Source of the DNA: Thermoplasmatales archaeon
GTDB taxonomy: Archaea > Thermoplasmatota > Thermoplasmata > Thermoplasmatales > GCA-001856825
Assembly: GCA_026127935.1 (NCBI GenBank)
Contig: JAJSLL010000005.1
Span: forward strand, 29,809-93,808
DNA length: 64,000 nucleotides
Direction: 5' to 3'
Position numbers and translations under genes: made by a program. Numbering within the stretch: the first letter of the stretch is position 1; each line of letters starts with the position of its first letter. This document shows positions 54,791 through 64,000 of this stretch, one piece after another. The notes beneath the pieces were generated by a model. That model ran no database searches and was not told the DNA's origin. It was given only the letters and a program-made list of their open reading frames with translations.

Positions 54791-55297
54791 TTATTTGACC
54801 AGCTCTGGCTCTTCCTTTTCCTGTTTTTTCATATGGTGCAAGCGTTTGCTCCTCTCTTGGTACCGCTTCAACCCTGCCTGAAACAACATTTTGTCTTCTT
54901 CCGACTCTACCTTTAGTTGAGGTGCATCCACTGGCTTACCACCATCATCGAGTGCGACCATGGTTACTGTTGCCCTACCAGCAAAATTGATATCTCCTCT
55001 CTCTAGGTTTTCAGCGAACACCTCAACCCCGACCTCCATAGACGACTTTCCAACAAAATTCATTCTGCCCTTCAATTCCAGAAGGTCCCCTATGTGTACC
55101 GGATAGATGAAGTCAATGTGTTCTATGTTGGCGGTGACACAATTTCTGCGGCTGTGTTTTGTTACGACTATTCCAGCTATCTCGTCTATCATCTTCAAAA
55201 TGGTACCCCCAAATACATTTCCTGCAACGTTCGCATCTGGAGGGAGCATTACCCTAGATATTGACGACTCAGTTTCCTTTGGTGTCTTTTCTTCCAT
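54791..55297 (-). CDS. Acyl-CoA thioesterase (hotdog fold, YciA/ACOT-like)
   Basis: 168 aa. ANVAGNVFGGTILKMIDEIAGIVVTKH matches the acyl-CoA hydrolase hotdog block. Confidence 0.7.
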   Translation of the reverse strand: MEEKTPKETESSISRVMLPPDANVAGNVFGGTILKMIDEIAGIVVTKHSRRNCVTANIEHIDFIYPVHIGDLLELKGRMNFVGKSSMEVGVEVFAENLERGDINFAGRATVTMVALDDGGKPVDAPQLKVESEEDKMLFQAGLKRYQERSKRLHHMKKQEKEEPELVK

Positions 55298-55432
55298 TAT
55301 ATTACGCCTCTTCTTTTCTTGGCACTTTCCAACTCATTACCAAAACTTGCTATTAAGTTGTTTCTTGTTGCTTCTAATCAAGAATGTTAAATATCGTACA
55401 AGAATTAAGAAAAATATCACCCGGGTGACTCA

Positions 55433-56614
55433 ATGAAATCTAACGATGAAAAGGTTGCAATTGTGGGGATAGGACATTCAAAATTTGGGAAGAGGCTCGA
55501 TGTAAGCATAAACGAACTCGGTTGGGAGGCGATAAAGCCCGCCCTTCAAGACGCAGGAGTGACGCAGAAAGATGTGGATTTCTACTCCGTTGGGAATTTT
55601 GGTTATTGGAGCGAGGAAATACTTCCGGCAGTAACGATAGGGGAGTATGCGGGTCTTTCCTGCGGAAGCTTGAAGACCGAGGCAGCCTGCGCGTCAGGGA
55701 GCGCGTCTCTCAAGATTGCTGTCGATAGCATATTGTCTGGGAACAGCAAGATTGCGATTGCGATGGGTATTGAAAAGATGTACAACTCCCCGAATGGAAC
55801 GATCATAGAGTTGATAGGCAGGGCAGGGAATTACTTTTGGGAATTCGAGAACTTCGGGATGACCTTTCCAGGGTACTATGCCCTCTACGCTACCAAGTAT
55901 CTCGATGCATACCATTCGAGGGAAGAAGACCTTTGCGAAGCTGCAGTGAAAGCGCACCACTATGGTAGTTTGAACCCATACGCTCAATTTCAAAAGGAAA
56001 CATCTGTCGAAGAATGCATGAAGTCCAAATATGTATCCAGACCACTGAAGTTGATGGATTCCTCTCCTATCACAGATGGTGCGGCCGCAGTTGTTCTCGC
56101 TAGAGGGGATGTAGCCAAGAAACTCTCAGATACCCCCGTGTTCGTAGAAGCCCAAGGGTACGCTTCCGGAACAGCCTACATGGGGAGAAGAGATGACTAC
56201 ACCGGCCTTGAGGCCAGCAGAAGAGCTGCAGAAGCTGCATACAGAAAGGCAGGATTAGATGGAGCGTCCAACAACTTCGACATCTTTGAAGTCCATGATT
56301 GTTTCACAATTGCAGAAGTTATGGCATACGAGGATCTAGGCCTAGTAAAGAAAGGTGAAGGGATTCAGCTGCTCAGAGAGCATCAGACCTACAGGGATGG
56401 AAAATATCCTGCTAATCTAGATGGTGGCCTTAAATCAAAGGGTCACCCAATAGGGGCTACAGGAATCAGTCAGGCAGTTGAGATAACGAAACAGTTGAGG
56501 GGAGAAGCAGAAAAAGGAAGACAAGCTGACATCAGAAAAGGAAGAGGACTTCAACATAACGTTGGTGGGACTGGCCACTATGCATACGTTACTGTTTATT
56601 CCAGAGGTGATTGA
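55433..56614 (+). CDS. Thiolase-domain protein (archaeal/SCP-x type acetyl-CoA C-acyltransferase)
   Basis: 393 aa. Active-site Cys context EAACASGS, C-terminal HDCFT and GHPIGATG. Confidence 0.8.
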   Translation: MKSNDEKVAIVGIGHSKFGKRLDVSINELGWEAIKPALQDAGVTQKDVDFYSVGNFGYWSEEILPAVTIGEYAGLSCGSLKTEAACASGSASLKIAVDSILSGNSKIAIAMGIEKMYNSPNGTIIELIGRAGNYFWEFENFGMTFPGYYALYATKYLDAYHSREEDLCEAAVKAHHYGSLNPYAQFQKETSVEECMKSKYVSRPLKLMDSSPITDGAAAVVLARGDVAKKLSDTPVFVEAQGYASGTAYMGRRDDYTGLEASRRAAEAAYRKAGLDGASNNFDIFEVHDCFTIAEVMAYEDLGLVKKGEGIQLLREHQTYRDGKYPANLDGGLKSKGHPIGATGISQAVEITKQLRGEAEKGRQADIRKGRGLQHNVGGTGHYAYVTVYSRGD

Positions 56615-57046
56615 ATGCCAATTGACACAGTGCTTGAGGACAGAAGAGTGCTTGACCTGAGATACAGAATGCCAATATCCCAGATTATTAAATTCTTTGA
56701 AGGTCTTGAAGAGGGTAAAGTCAGAGGGACCAGATGCAAAGAATGTGGAAGAAAGTATTTCCCGCCTCAGACTGAGTGTCCAACTTGCATGACGAAGAAC
56801 ACGGAGTGGTTTGATTTCGAAGGAGATGCATCCCTTGAAACTTTTACCACAGTTGAGGTAGTTCCTACCTCTTTTGTGAATGAGGGAAGCTACGTTGTTG
56901 CAATCGGTCTCCTGAAGGAAGGGGTTAGGATTCTTTCCTGGCTGAATACACAGGACCGTTCTACCATCAAGATTGGGATGAAAATGAAATTGAAGGCAGT
57001 CAAGAGGGAGGAAGGTTACTACAGCTATGAATTCTTTTCAATCTGA
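56615..57046 (+). CDS. DUF35 OB-fold/zinc-ribbon protein (thiolase partner)
   Basis: 143 aa. Zinc ribbon CKECGRKYFPPQTECPTC plus an OB fold, starting directly after the thiolase stop. Confidence 0.8.
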   Translation: MPIDTVLEDRRVLDLRYRMPISQIIKFFEGLEEGKVRGTRCKECGRKYFPPQTECPTCMTKNTEWFDFEGDASLETFTTVEVVPTSFVNEGSYVVAIGLLKEGVRILSWLNTQDRSTIKIGMKMKLKAVKREEGYYSYEFFSI

Positions 57047-57077
57047 GGTTTTCAGAGCAACGTAGCTGTTAACTGGA

Positions 57078-58349
57078 TCAGTTGAAAACCTTCTCCTCCT
57101 CAAGTTTGAAATCCAGTGCGTCCTTCTCTATTTCACGTTTGGTGCTCCCGTAATTCTTATCTGTAAATTCTTTGATGAATTCGTGTTGTATTATCAGCTT
57201 CATTACTTCGCTGCTTCCAGTCCATATGAGTCCTAGTCTTGAATCCCTCAATAGCCTTTCGACAGGATAGACGGTCGTGTATCCAATACCGCCCAACATC
57301 TGCATAGAATCGTTTACGATTTTCCACATAGCCTCCGTGGACTGAAGCTTCGCAATGGAGACAAGTTTCCTGACGTAAGCGAGATCGGTCTTACCAACCT
57401 CCATCTGATCGGCCGCCTTACTGGCAACGTAGACCATTGATGAAGCATTCTGCAGCAACGCAACGCTTTCTGCAAGTTTGAAACTTATTCCTTCGTGTTC
57501 GATGAGTTTTTTCCCGAACGATTCTCTCTTCAGTGCGTAAGAAGTAGCTACCTCGATCGCAGCTGTGCCTACCCCGATAGACCCCGCTGCAGTGGTCAGC
57601 CTCTCTGGGACCATCATCCTGTTAAATATTTCGTAGCCTCCGTTCAGTTCGCCAATCAGGTTCTCTTCTGGAATCTCAGCATCCTTGAAAACTAACCTTG
57701 CAGTTCCCCCTCCCTTGTTCCCCATCAGGCCATACATAGTTTCGACTTTCAATCCAGGGGTATCCCTGTCAAGAATGAAAGCACTAACTCCCCTCGTCCT
57801 TGACTTTGCGTTCTTGTCAGTAATTGCATATGTGACAAAGAAGTCCGCTCCCTTCCCACCTACGATGAATCTTTTTTGTCCATTCAGAAAATATTTGTTT
57901 CCCCTTTTCTCTGCAGTGGTTTTCATCATACCGAACAAATCTGAACCACCAGAAGGCTCTGTTATCGCTTCAGCGCCGTACTTTTTACCGCTCGTTATTC
58001 CCCTGAGGTACTTATCCTTCTGATCTCTCGTTCCAAATCTGTGGATCGGCTCACCCACGATCGTTCCGAGTGAATACATACAGCTCAGGGTGAAACCAAG
58101 GAATCCCATCTCCTCGACGGCAGAAGCTTCACCAACCCAGGAACTTCCTCTACCTCCATATTCTTCAGGAAATCTCAGTCCTACGGTCCTTTCATTGGTT
58201 GCTAAATCTATAAACTCTCTTGGAAATACAATTTCTTCGCTTTCAATCTTTCTGATCAATTCGTGAGGTACCGCCTTAACTACTCGCCTAACCTCGTATT
58301 TTGTCTTTCTTTCTTCGTCGCTCAGCAGAAAATCTTCCATTTTATTCAT
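57078..58349 (-). CDS. Acyl-CoA dehydrogenase
   Basis: 423 aa. ACAD N/M/C domain blocks (AITEPSGGSDL, R..FGK.L..HEG). Confidence 0.8.
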   Translation of the reverse strand: MNKMEDFLLSDEERKTKYEVRRVVKAVPHELIRKIESEEIVFPREFIDLATNERTVGLRFPEEYGGRGSSWVGEASAVEEMGFLGFTLSCMYSLGTIVGEPIHRFGTRDQKDKYLRGITSGKKYGAEAITEPSGGSDLFGMMKTTAEKRGNKYFLNGQKRFIVGGKGADFFVTYAITDKNAKSRTRGVSAFILDRDTPGLKVETMYGLMGNKGGGTARLVFKDAEIPEENLIGELNGGYEIFNRMMVPERLTTAAGSIGVGTAAIEVATSYALKRESFGKKLIEHEGISFKLAESVALLQNASSMVYVASKAADQMEVGKTDLAYVRKLVSIAKLQSTEAMWKIVNDSMQMLGGIGYTTVYPVERLLRDSRLGLIWTGSSEVMKLIIQHEFIKEFTDKNYGSTKREIEKDALDFKLEEEKVFN

Positions 58350-58521
58350 CCTCTAATCATGGGCTATTGTCCAGCTGCTATAATCTAGTAAAATAAAAAC
58401 AATATGAATTTACCTGACAAGCAATAACTCCTTTCTATGAATTCTGTCCATTTTAATTGCTTTGGCGGAGTTAAAAATATTTAGTTTAAAAACTATAGCA
58501 ATCGATACGTTTATTTATAGG

Positions 58522-60198
58522 ATGCCTCTTATTATTGTGCAACCGACATCAGAAAGTGACCGACCTTGGTTAAAGTTATATGACAAAGGAGTTCCAGCAG
58601 ATATTGAATGCAAAGAAGTGAAACCCTATGATTTCCTAAAACAGAGTGCAGCCAGAATACCGGAACATCTTGCTGTTGCTTTTTTCAACTACAAGTTGAC
58701 CTTTAGGGACTTGAAGGAAAGGACAGACTCTTTTGCATCATTTCTGAAATCGCTGGGTGTTCATGCAGGCGACAGAGTAGCTGTCGATCTCCCTAACTGT
58801 CCCCAGTACATCATTGCGTTTCAGGCCATCAACAAGATTGGTGCAGTTGTAGCTCAAATTTCCCCAACTTATTTTGAGATAGAGATAGATCGGATAATCG
58901 GGGACTCGGAGTCAAAGGTTCTCATCATATTCGATGATCTACTTCCAAGAATAGATGGAGTGACCAAGAAGTACCCAAATCTCGTTGTAGTGGCTACGAG
59001 AATAGAGGATTATCTGCGCTTTCCACTCAATTCTCTCTACACATTACAGAGAAAGAAAAACAAGAAATTTGTCGATATCCCAGAGAAATACAGGAAGTTT
59101 GAAGAACATCGGTCTTTCCAGCCCAGTTCAGAGGAGAACAACGATACAAATTCTCTTGCGGTTTTGCAATACACTGGAGGTACGACCGGAGTACCAAAGG
59201 GAGCTATGCTTTCTAACAGGAACCTGGTGTGTAACACCATCCAGTCGGTAGCATGTCTCCCAGGTCAAGGGTTCGGCAAAGACGTCATGCTCAGTGTTAT
59301 TCCCTTCTTCCACGTTTTTGGAATGACCGTAGCTATGAACTTCCCGATGAAGATCGGTGCATCAATAGTCCTCCAACCAAAGCCGGACATAGATGGCATT
59401 TTCAAACTGATTAAGAAATATCACCCAACCTTCTTCCCCGGTGTGCCGACCCTATATGGGGGTATTCTCCTTCACAAAGAGCTCCAAAATGTCGATATGA
59501 AATCCATCCAGTATTGTATATCTGGCTCTGCGCCGCTGCCCGTGGAGATAATAGAGAAATGGAATAAAGTCACAGGGGGACATCTGGTCGAAGGGTATGG
59601 GCTCACTGAAGCTTCACCAGTCACTCACGTGAATCCTCTGTTTGGGAAGATAAAGTCAGGTTCGATCGGTCTACCAGTTCCATCCACGTACGCGAAGATC
59701 GTTGATCTGGAAAACGGTACTAAAAATATGCCTGTTGGTGCAGAGGGCGAACTGCTGGTAAAGGGTCCACAGGTCATGCAGGGATACTACAAGAATCCTG
59801 GCGAGACAGACGGAGTCTTGAAAGATGGCTGGCTTCACACAGGGGATATTGCGAAAATGGACGAAGAGGGATATTTCTATATCGTAGACAGAAAGAAGGA
59901 TGTAATCATAGTCGGGGGGTTCAATGTCTATCCGAGGGAAGTTGAAGAGATTCTCTATCAGAATCCAAAGGTCAAGGAAGCGGCAGCAATTGGCGTGAAG
60001 GATGCAGCCCACGGTGAGGTTGTCAAAGCCTTCGTAGTCCTGAAGGACGGACAAAGTGCGACAGAACAGGAAATCATTGACTTTTTCCATAACAAGATTG
60101 CGAAGTTCAAAGTTCCTAGGTCGGTAGAATTCAGGAAGGACCTTCCAAAAACATTGGTTGGAAAGATATTGAGAAGGGAGCTAAGAGAGTCAAAATAA
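58522..60198 (+). CDS. Long-chain fatty acid-CoA ligase (AMP-binding family)
   Basis: AMP motif YTGGTTGVPKGAML, GYGLTE, and TGDIAKMDEEGYFYIVDRKKD. The start is trimmed to ATG 58522. Confidence 0.85.
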   Translation: MPLIIVQPTSESDRPWLKLYDKGVPADIECKEVKPYDFLKQSAARIPEHLAVAFFNYKLTFRDLKERTDSFASFLKSLGVHAGDRVAVDLPNCPQYIIAFQAINKIGAVVAQISPTYFEIEIDRIIGDSESKVLIIFDDLLPRIDGVTKKYPNLVVVATRIEDYLRFPLNSLYTLQRKKNKKFVDIPEKYRKFEEHRSFQPSSEENNDTNSLAVLQYTGGTTGVPKGAMLSNRNLVCNTIQSVACLPGQGFGKDVMLSVIPFFHVFGMTVAMNFPMKIGASIVLQPKPDIDGIFKLIKKYHPTFFPGVPTLYGGILLHKELQNVDMKSIQYCISGSAPLPVEIIEKWNKVTGGHLVEGYGLTEASPVTHVNPLFGKIKSGSIGLPVPSTYAKIVDLENGTKNMPVGAEGELLVKGPQVMQGYYKNPGETDGVLKDGWLHTGDIAKMDEEGYFYIVDRKKDVIIVGGFNVYPREVEEILYQNPKVKEAAAIGVKDAAHGEVVKAFVVLKDGQSATEQEIIDFFHNKIAKFKVPRSVEFRKDLPKTLVGKILRRELRESK

Positions 60199-60277
60199 AG
60201 ATAATCCATATTGGATCTAGTCATCCACCACTATTTGAGACGCGTGAAGGAAGAGGATAGAAGTTGAGTTAATATTC

Positions 60278-60784
60278 ATGCACGGTCCACCACCTGTGGG
60301 GAAACTGATGGTAGCAATAGAGCTCTAGAAGTATACATGATTCAAATTGTTCCACAATCATATCTCTATTCAGGAGGTTAGATTTATCTTTGATTTTGGA
60401 ACTCCAATCTTCTGGCAACTATTAGGGAAATTCAGAAACGAAATGATAAAGGCAGCTGTGCAGGAAGACACAAACACCATTTTCACCGTGTTCTACGCCA
60501 AAGGTCCCGGTGACAAATATGTAGAAAACATAAGGAATCTTGTCGAATCAAAAAGGGGTAGAGTATGTTTTGTCCAGTTACAAAGTAATAAAGAAGAGAT
60601 CCGTGGAAAAGTGAAAATCAGATCAAGGAAGGAAAGGGGTAAACTGAATTCAAGAAATGAATTGGAAGATATGTTTAGAAAATACTACCTGTTTGGAAAG
60701 GTGACTGGAGGTATATCCCTGAGCACCGATACTTCTATTCTTACTCCGAGGGAGGCAGCTCTCAAGATACCTTTCCACTATTAG
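60278..60784 (+). pseudogene. P-loop kinase-like (AAA/shikimate-kinase-like) gene with two in-frame stops
   Basis: A single frame reads MHGPPPVGKLMVAIEL-TAG(60326)-KYT-TGA(60338)-FKLFHNHISIQEVRFIFDFGT.... It is collinear with a family recalled as MHGPPAVGKLTVAxELsxxTGfKLFHNHL. There is no good start upstream of the beta-strand preceding the P-loop. Confidence 0.6.
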
Positions 60785-60979
60785 CCACTCAAGAAGAAAT
60801 AATCTACCGGACAGACAATTTCGAAAGGAGTTTCCAATTGAAAACAAAGGTCGAAAACATACATTTGAGAGTAACGTTGTTTAGAGTGTCATATTGTTAA
60901 TCATCGGTAACTCTTACCTATTGCCGTTCAGGAGATATTCCCACAATCAGTCCGCTTAAGAAAGTATTCTTATGTAGTT

Positions 60980-62014
60980 CTAAACAAACCCCGCCTTGGT
61001 CTCAAAAACCAATGTGGACAGAACTTCCATCTCGTGTTCTTCGTTGTGGAAAAGCACAGACAGGGCCATCGAATCCCTGTAGAATTTCTCAATTCCAAAG
61101 TCTTCTAGATACCCATATCCACCGTGTATCTGCAAAGAGGTCTTGCTGATGTCCTTGGCGAGTGCGAGTGCCTTGTGCTTTAGGAACATGGCTTCTTTCC
61201 TGCTTGGAGAGGTAGATATCAGTACTTCGAAATAGCGTTTCAGAATCTCCATCTCTGCTATGAGTGAAGTCAGCTCGAATGCGAGCGGTTGGAAATCCTT
61301 CAAATAGTGTCCAAATGCAGTTCTCACCTTTGCATAATCCAGACCCTTTTGTGAAACTGCCTCACTCATTCCAAGCGAAATTGCCGCCACTGGGATTGAC
61401 AGTTGATAGTACAATTTTTCAAGCTCTTTTCTTCCTTCCTTGCTCAGCACCTCATAATCAGATGAATTCACACTTACTGCAGAAAAGCCTATGCTCCTAA
61501 ACCCTAGTCTCTTGAGTTTCTTCCCTGCTGTGAATCCAGACTTTAGAAGTACAAGCTCTCCCGTATCCAGAAGCGTTACAATAAAGTCAGAATCGCTTCC
61601 AACCACGAACTGTTTCTCACCCTTGATCTTACCGTCACTCAAAAGAAGGCTGCCATTCTGCCCTGGACCGACTAGTAGATCAGAAAAGGTCACTGTCCCA
61701 GATTTGGAACCGTTAGCAACAGCTTCGGTAACCTCGGGATCCTTTACGAGGCTCAAAAAGGAGTTTGCGAGAAGTGTCTTAACGGCGACCGCGGGAACAG
61801 ACTTTGCAAGATTCTCAAGAACTACTGATAGCGTCTTGACATCTGCAACTTCTTCTCCAGACTGTCCCATCATGGAAAAGAATCCCTGATCTGCGAGCAA
61901 CTTAACGAATTCCTTCCCCATGCTCTCATTTTCAAATTTTAGTGAGTTGTTTTCCACATATTTCGCATTAAAATCTTTAACTGTATTTTCAAGAATTTCA
62001 TATTCCTCTTCCAT
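60980..62014 (-). CDS. Acyl-CoA dehydrogenase-like protein, short and apparently non-catalytic
   Basis: 344 aa. The ACAD C-terminal block (VRTAFGHYLKDFQPLAFEL) is present, but the Y/W-E-G-T-x-E catalytic region reads FHNEEHEME. Confidence 0.6.
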   Translation of the reverse strand: MEEEYEILENTVKDFNAKYVENNSLKFENESMGKEFVKLLADQGFFSMMGQSGEEVADVKTLSVVLENLAKSVPAVAVKTLLANSFLSLVKDPEVTEAVANGSKSGTVTFSDLLVGPGQNGSLLLSDGKIKGEKQFVVGSDSDFIVTLLDTGELVLLKSGFTAGKKLKRLGFRSIGFSAVSVNSSDYEVLSKEGRKELEKLYYQLSIPVAAISLGMSEAVSQKGLDYAKVRTAFGHYLKDFQPLAFELTSLIAEMEILKRYFEVLISTSPSRKEAMFLKHKALALAKDISKTSLQIHGGYGYLEDFGIEKFYRDSMALSVLFHNEEHEMEVLSTLVFETKAGFV

Positions 62015-62019
62015 CTAGG

Positions 62020-63147
62020 TCACGCTCCTCCTTCCTTCAGCATCATCCTCGTGATTATAAGCTTCTCTACCTCTGTTGTTCCTTCCCAAATGTCCAGGAT
62101 CTTTGCGTCTCTGAAGAATCTTTCAAGGTCAGAAGTCAGTCCGTGAAGTGACATGAGTTCAATAGCCCTTTTAGTGGCGAATACCGCAGTCTCTGCCGCA
62201 TAGAACTTTGCCATGCTAGTCACAATCGGATTTGGTGTGAATTTGAATAAGTAGGAAGCCGCCTTATAGGTGATGTTCCGAGTTGCTTCAACTCTAGTAG
62301 CAATTTCCGCAATCGCGAGTTGCAAATTCTCATTCAACTCCCCAGTTTCCGAAACTGGAGCATACTTCTTTGAGTATTCTATCAGTCGATCCAGTGCACC
62401 GTGGGCTATTCCCAACCCCTGTGCAGCAACGTATATCCTGCTGATGTTGAAGAAGGTCATGATGTAGTAGAATCCCTTCCCTTCTTCCCCCACCATGTCT
62501 TCCTTGGGTACCCTAACGTTGTCGAATATGAGTTCTGCAGTGTTGGTGGCTCTTACTCCAAGCTTTCCGTGCAACTTATTTATGGCAAATCCTGGACTCT
62601 TTGAATCAACAACGAACACGCTCAAACCCTTGTGCTTCTTTTCAGGGGACGGGGGTGGGGAAGTTCTAGCAAGTACTAGGAAGTGGTCGGCAATCTGTCC
62701 ATTGCTTATGAACATCTTTCCGCCGTTCAGGACATAGGAGTCTCCATCAAGTCTGGCTTCGCACTTAATGCCTGCAACGTCTGACCCTCCTCCTGCCTCA
62801 GTTACCCCAAGACCCAGGGTCCTCTTCCCTGCAAAGACCGGGTTCATGTACTTCTCCTTCTGGGCATCGTTACCAAAGAACATAAAAATCTCTGCTCCAA
62901 ATGCAGAAATGGTAACGGATATACCTAAACCCGGGTCCCTTCTTACGAGTTCTTCGATGGTAACCAGAACTTTCCATGGATTTGAGAAATCCAATACCTT
63001 CTCTTTTTTCGAGATAGCTACTATGTCTGTAGGAAACTCTTCATTGAAATCGGATTTTTCAGCAACTTCTTCCGTGAAATACTTGTTAGCGAATTCCTTT
63101 GCCCTTACAACGGCCTCTTTTATATCGTCACTCAATTCGAAATCCAT
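62020..63147 (-). CDS. Acyl-CoA dehydrogenase
   Basis: The start is trimmed to ATG 63147 (MDFELSDDIKEAV). Contains GVTEAGGGSDVAG and ILDIWEGTTEVEKLII (catalytic Glu context). Confidence 0.85.
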   Translation of the reverse strand: MDFELSDDIKEAVVRAKEFANKYFTEEVAEKSDFNEEFPTDIVAISKKEKVLDFSNPWKVLVTIEELVRRDPGLGISVTISAFGAEIFMFFGNDAQKEKYMNPVFAGKRTLGLGVTEAGGGSDVAGIKCEARLDGDSYVLNGGKMFISNGQIADHFLVLARTSPPPSPEKKHKGLSVFVVDSKSPGFAINKLHGKLGVRATNTAELIFDNVRVPKEDMVGEEGKGFYYIMTFFNISRIYVAAQGLGIAHGALDRLIEYSKKYAPVSETGELNENLQLAIAEIATRVEATRNITYKAASYLFKFTPNPIVTSMAKFYAAETAVFATKRAIELMSLHGLTSDLERFFRDAKILDIWEGTTEVEKLIITRMMLKEGGA

Positions 63148-63149
63148 TA

Positions 63150-64000
63150 TTACACCTTCTCCATTAGTACAGAATATCCTTGTCCTCCACCAACACAAAG
63201 CGAGGCTATACCCCTCTCCTTCCCGCTTGCTTTCAGTTGACGAGATAGAGTTCCCGCGAGTCTCGCACCCGAGGCTCCGAGAGGGTGTCCTATTGCTATC
63301 GCGCCTCCCTTGACATTGACCTTGTTCCTCGGAATGTTGAGCTCACGCATCGCATTAAGGACTACTACGGCGAATGCCTCGTTGATTTCCCATAGATCGA
63401 TGTCTTCAGAAGTCAATTTGGCTTTTGCAAGTAGCTTCTTTGATGCGGGTACGGGTCCCTCACCCATTAATGATGGGTCGACTCCAGCCCACCCAAAAGC
63501 ACTCACCTTTGAGAGAGGTTTCAATCCGTATTCTTTCACTTTTTTTCCAGACGCCAACATGACAAGCGAGGCACCTGCATTTAGTGGAGATGAATTTCCT
63601 GCAGTTATGACTCCTCCTTCTTTAAACGCAGGAGGCAGTTTTTTCATTTGTTCAACTGAGCTATCCTTTCTAATGCTTTGGTCTTTATCGATAATCTTGG
63701 TCTCGCCCTCCGATTCTACTTCAATCGGGAGTATTTCGTCCTTGAAGAAACCGCTGTCCTGCGCTTGAGATGCGTACTTGTGACTCTCATAAGCGAACGT
63801 ATCCATTTCGTCTCTCGGGATACCCTTCAACTTCGCAAGTTTCTCAGCGGTCAGACCCATATAAAAGCCAGTCTTCATGTCATATTTCATGTACTCCGGT
63901 CTGAGCAGTAGCTTAAGGTTGGGGTTGACCATCGGATTGTCACCAAGGGGGACGTGTGTCATGTGCTCCATCCCTCCTGCCAAGACTATTTCCGAATTGC
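63150..64000 (-). CDS. Acetyl-CoA acetyltransferase (bacterial-type thiolase II), 5' end outside window
   Basis: The frame stays open to the window edge (...NSEIVLAGGMEHM...). The C-terminal blocks NEAFA, GGAIAIGHPLGASG and CVGGGQG are present. Confidence 0.85.
   Translation of the reverse strand, partial: NSEIVLAGGMEHMTHVPLGDNPMVNPNLKLLLRPEYMKYDMKTGFYMGLTAEKLAKLKGIPRDEMDTFAYESHKYASQAQDSGFFKDEILPIEVESEGETKIIDKDQSIRKDSSVEQMKKLPPAFKEGGVITAGNSSPLNAGASLVMLASGKKVKEYGLKPLSKVSAFGWAGVDPSLMGEGPVPASKKLLAKAKLTSEDIDLWEINEAFAVVVLNAMRELNIPRNKVNVKGGAIAIGHPLGASGARLAGTLSRQLKASGKERGIASLCVGGGQGYSVLMEKV

Noticed and set aside
60326-60340. In-frame TAG and TGA as pyrrolysine/selenocysteine recoding or an alternative genetic code
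   Set aside because: Both codons act as normal terminators for many well-supported genes in this window. I saw no Pyl or Sec machinery and no downstream recoding structure. The N-terminus is also degraded, so a pseudogene is the simpler explanation.
1-64000. CRISPR arrays, rRNA genes, prophage or defence-island signatures
   Set aside because: No regularly spaced direct repeats were seen; the only repeats are isolated 10-11-mers at 7893/7932 and 40086/40161. I also saw no cas, integrase, capsid, terminase, restriction-modification or other obvious defence genes, and no rRNA-like sequence.

Overview
This 64-kb segment reads as a chromosomal piece of an AT-rich euryarchaeon, roughly 40% GC by eye (not computed). 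It is most likely a Thermoplasmata-like organism. That is an inference from the class I CCA-adding enzyme, NAC, ArcS, a short archaeal-type TIM, a thiolase+DUF35 pair, surface proteins with Thr-rich linkers and C-terminal membrane anchors, and tRNAs without encoded CCA. I call about 62 protein genes, 2 tRNAs (Leu-GAG, Lys-CUU), one intact IS200/IS605 element (tnpA+tnpB), one orphan tnpB 3' remnant with its right end, and one P-loop kinase pseudogene. I saw no rRNA and no CRISPR array. Layout: 1-7.3 kb housekeeping genes plus the IS; 7.5-11.6 kb tRNA-Leu, a gene-poor stretch, MscS, the IS remnant and NfeD; 11.9-13.7 kb GTP-PEPCK; 13.9-39.2 kb hydrolases, transport and sugar/peptide catabolism; 39.3-42.7 kb a gene-poor stretch ending at tRNA-Lys; 42.8-54.7 kb mixed housekeeping genes (ATP sulfurylase, GT2, radical SAM, K+ channel, ArcS, RHH + FtsZ-like pair, NAC, CCA, TIM, peroxiredoxin); 54.8-64 kb a fatty-acid beta-oxidation cluster. 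The standout is a contiguous island of about 24 kb (15.2-39.2 kb) that looks like a complete pathway for scavenging and catabolising bacterial peptidoglycan. It has surface hydrolases, an Opp/Dpp-type importer, NagZ, NamZ, an AmiE-like amidase, a MurK-like kinase, MurQ and NagA. It also has a leaderless PBP4-like peptidase, a YkfC-like endopeptidase and an L-Ala-D/L-Glu epimerase, plus sinks for D-lactate (GlcDF-like) and meso-DAP (LysA-like). Second-tier items are a tandem-RHH gene overlapping an FtsZ-fold protein that has lost the tubulin GTP-binding signature, and an orphan omega-RNA-type IS right end fused to the start of nfeD. All family assignments come from motif recognition by eye and memory; no database search was run.
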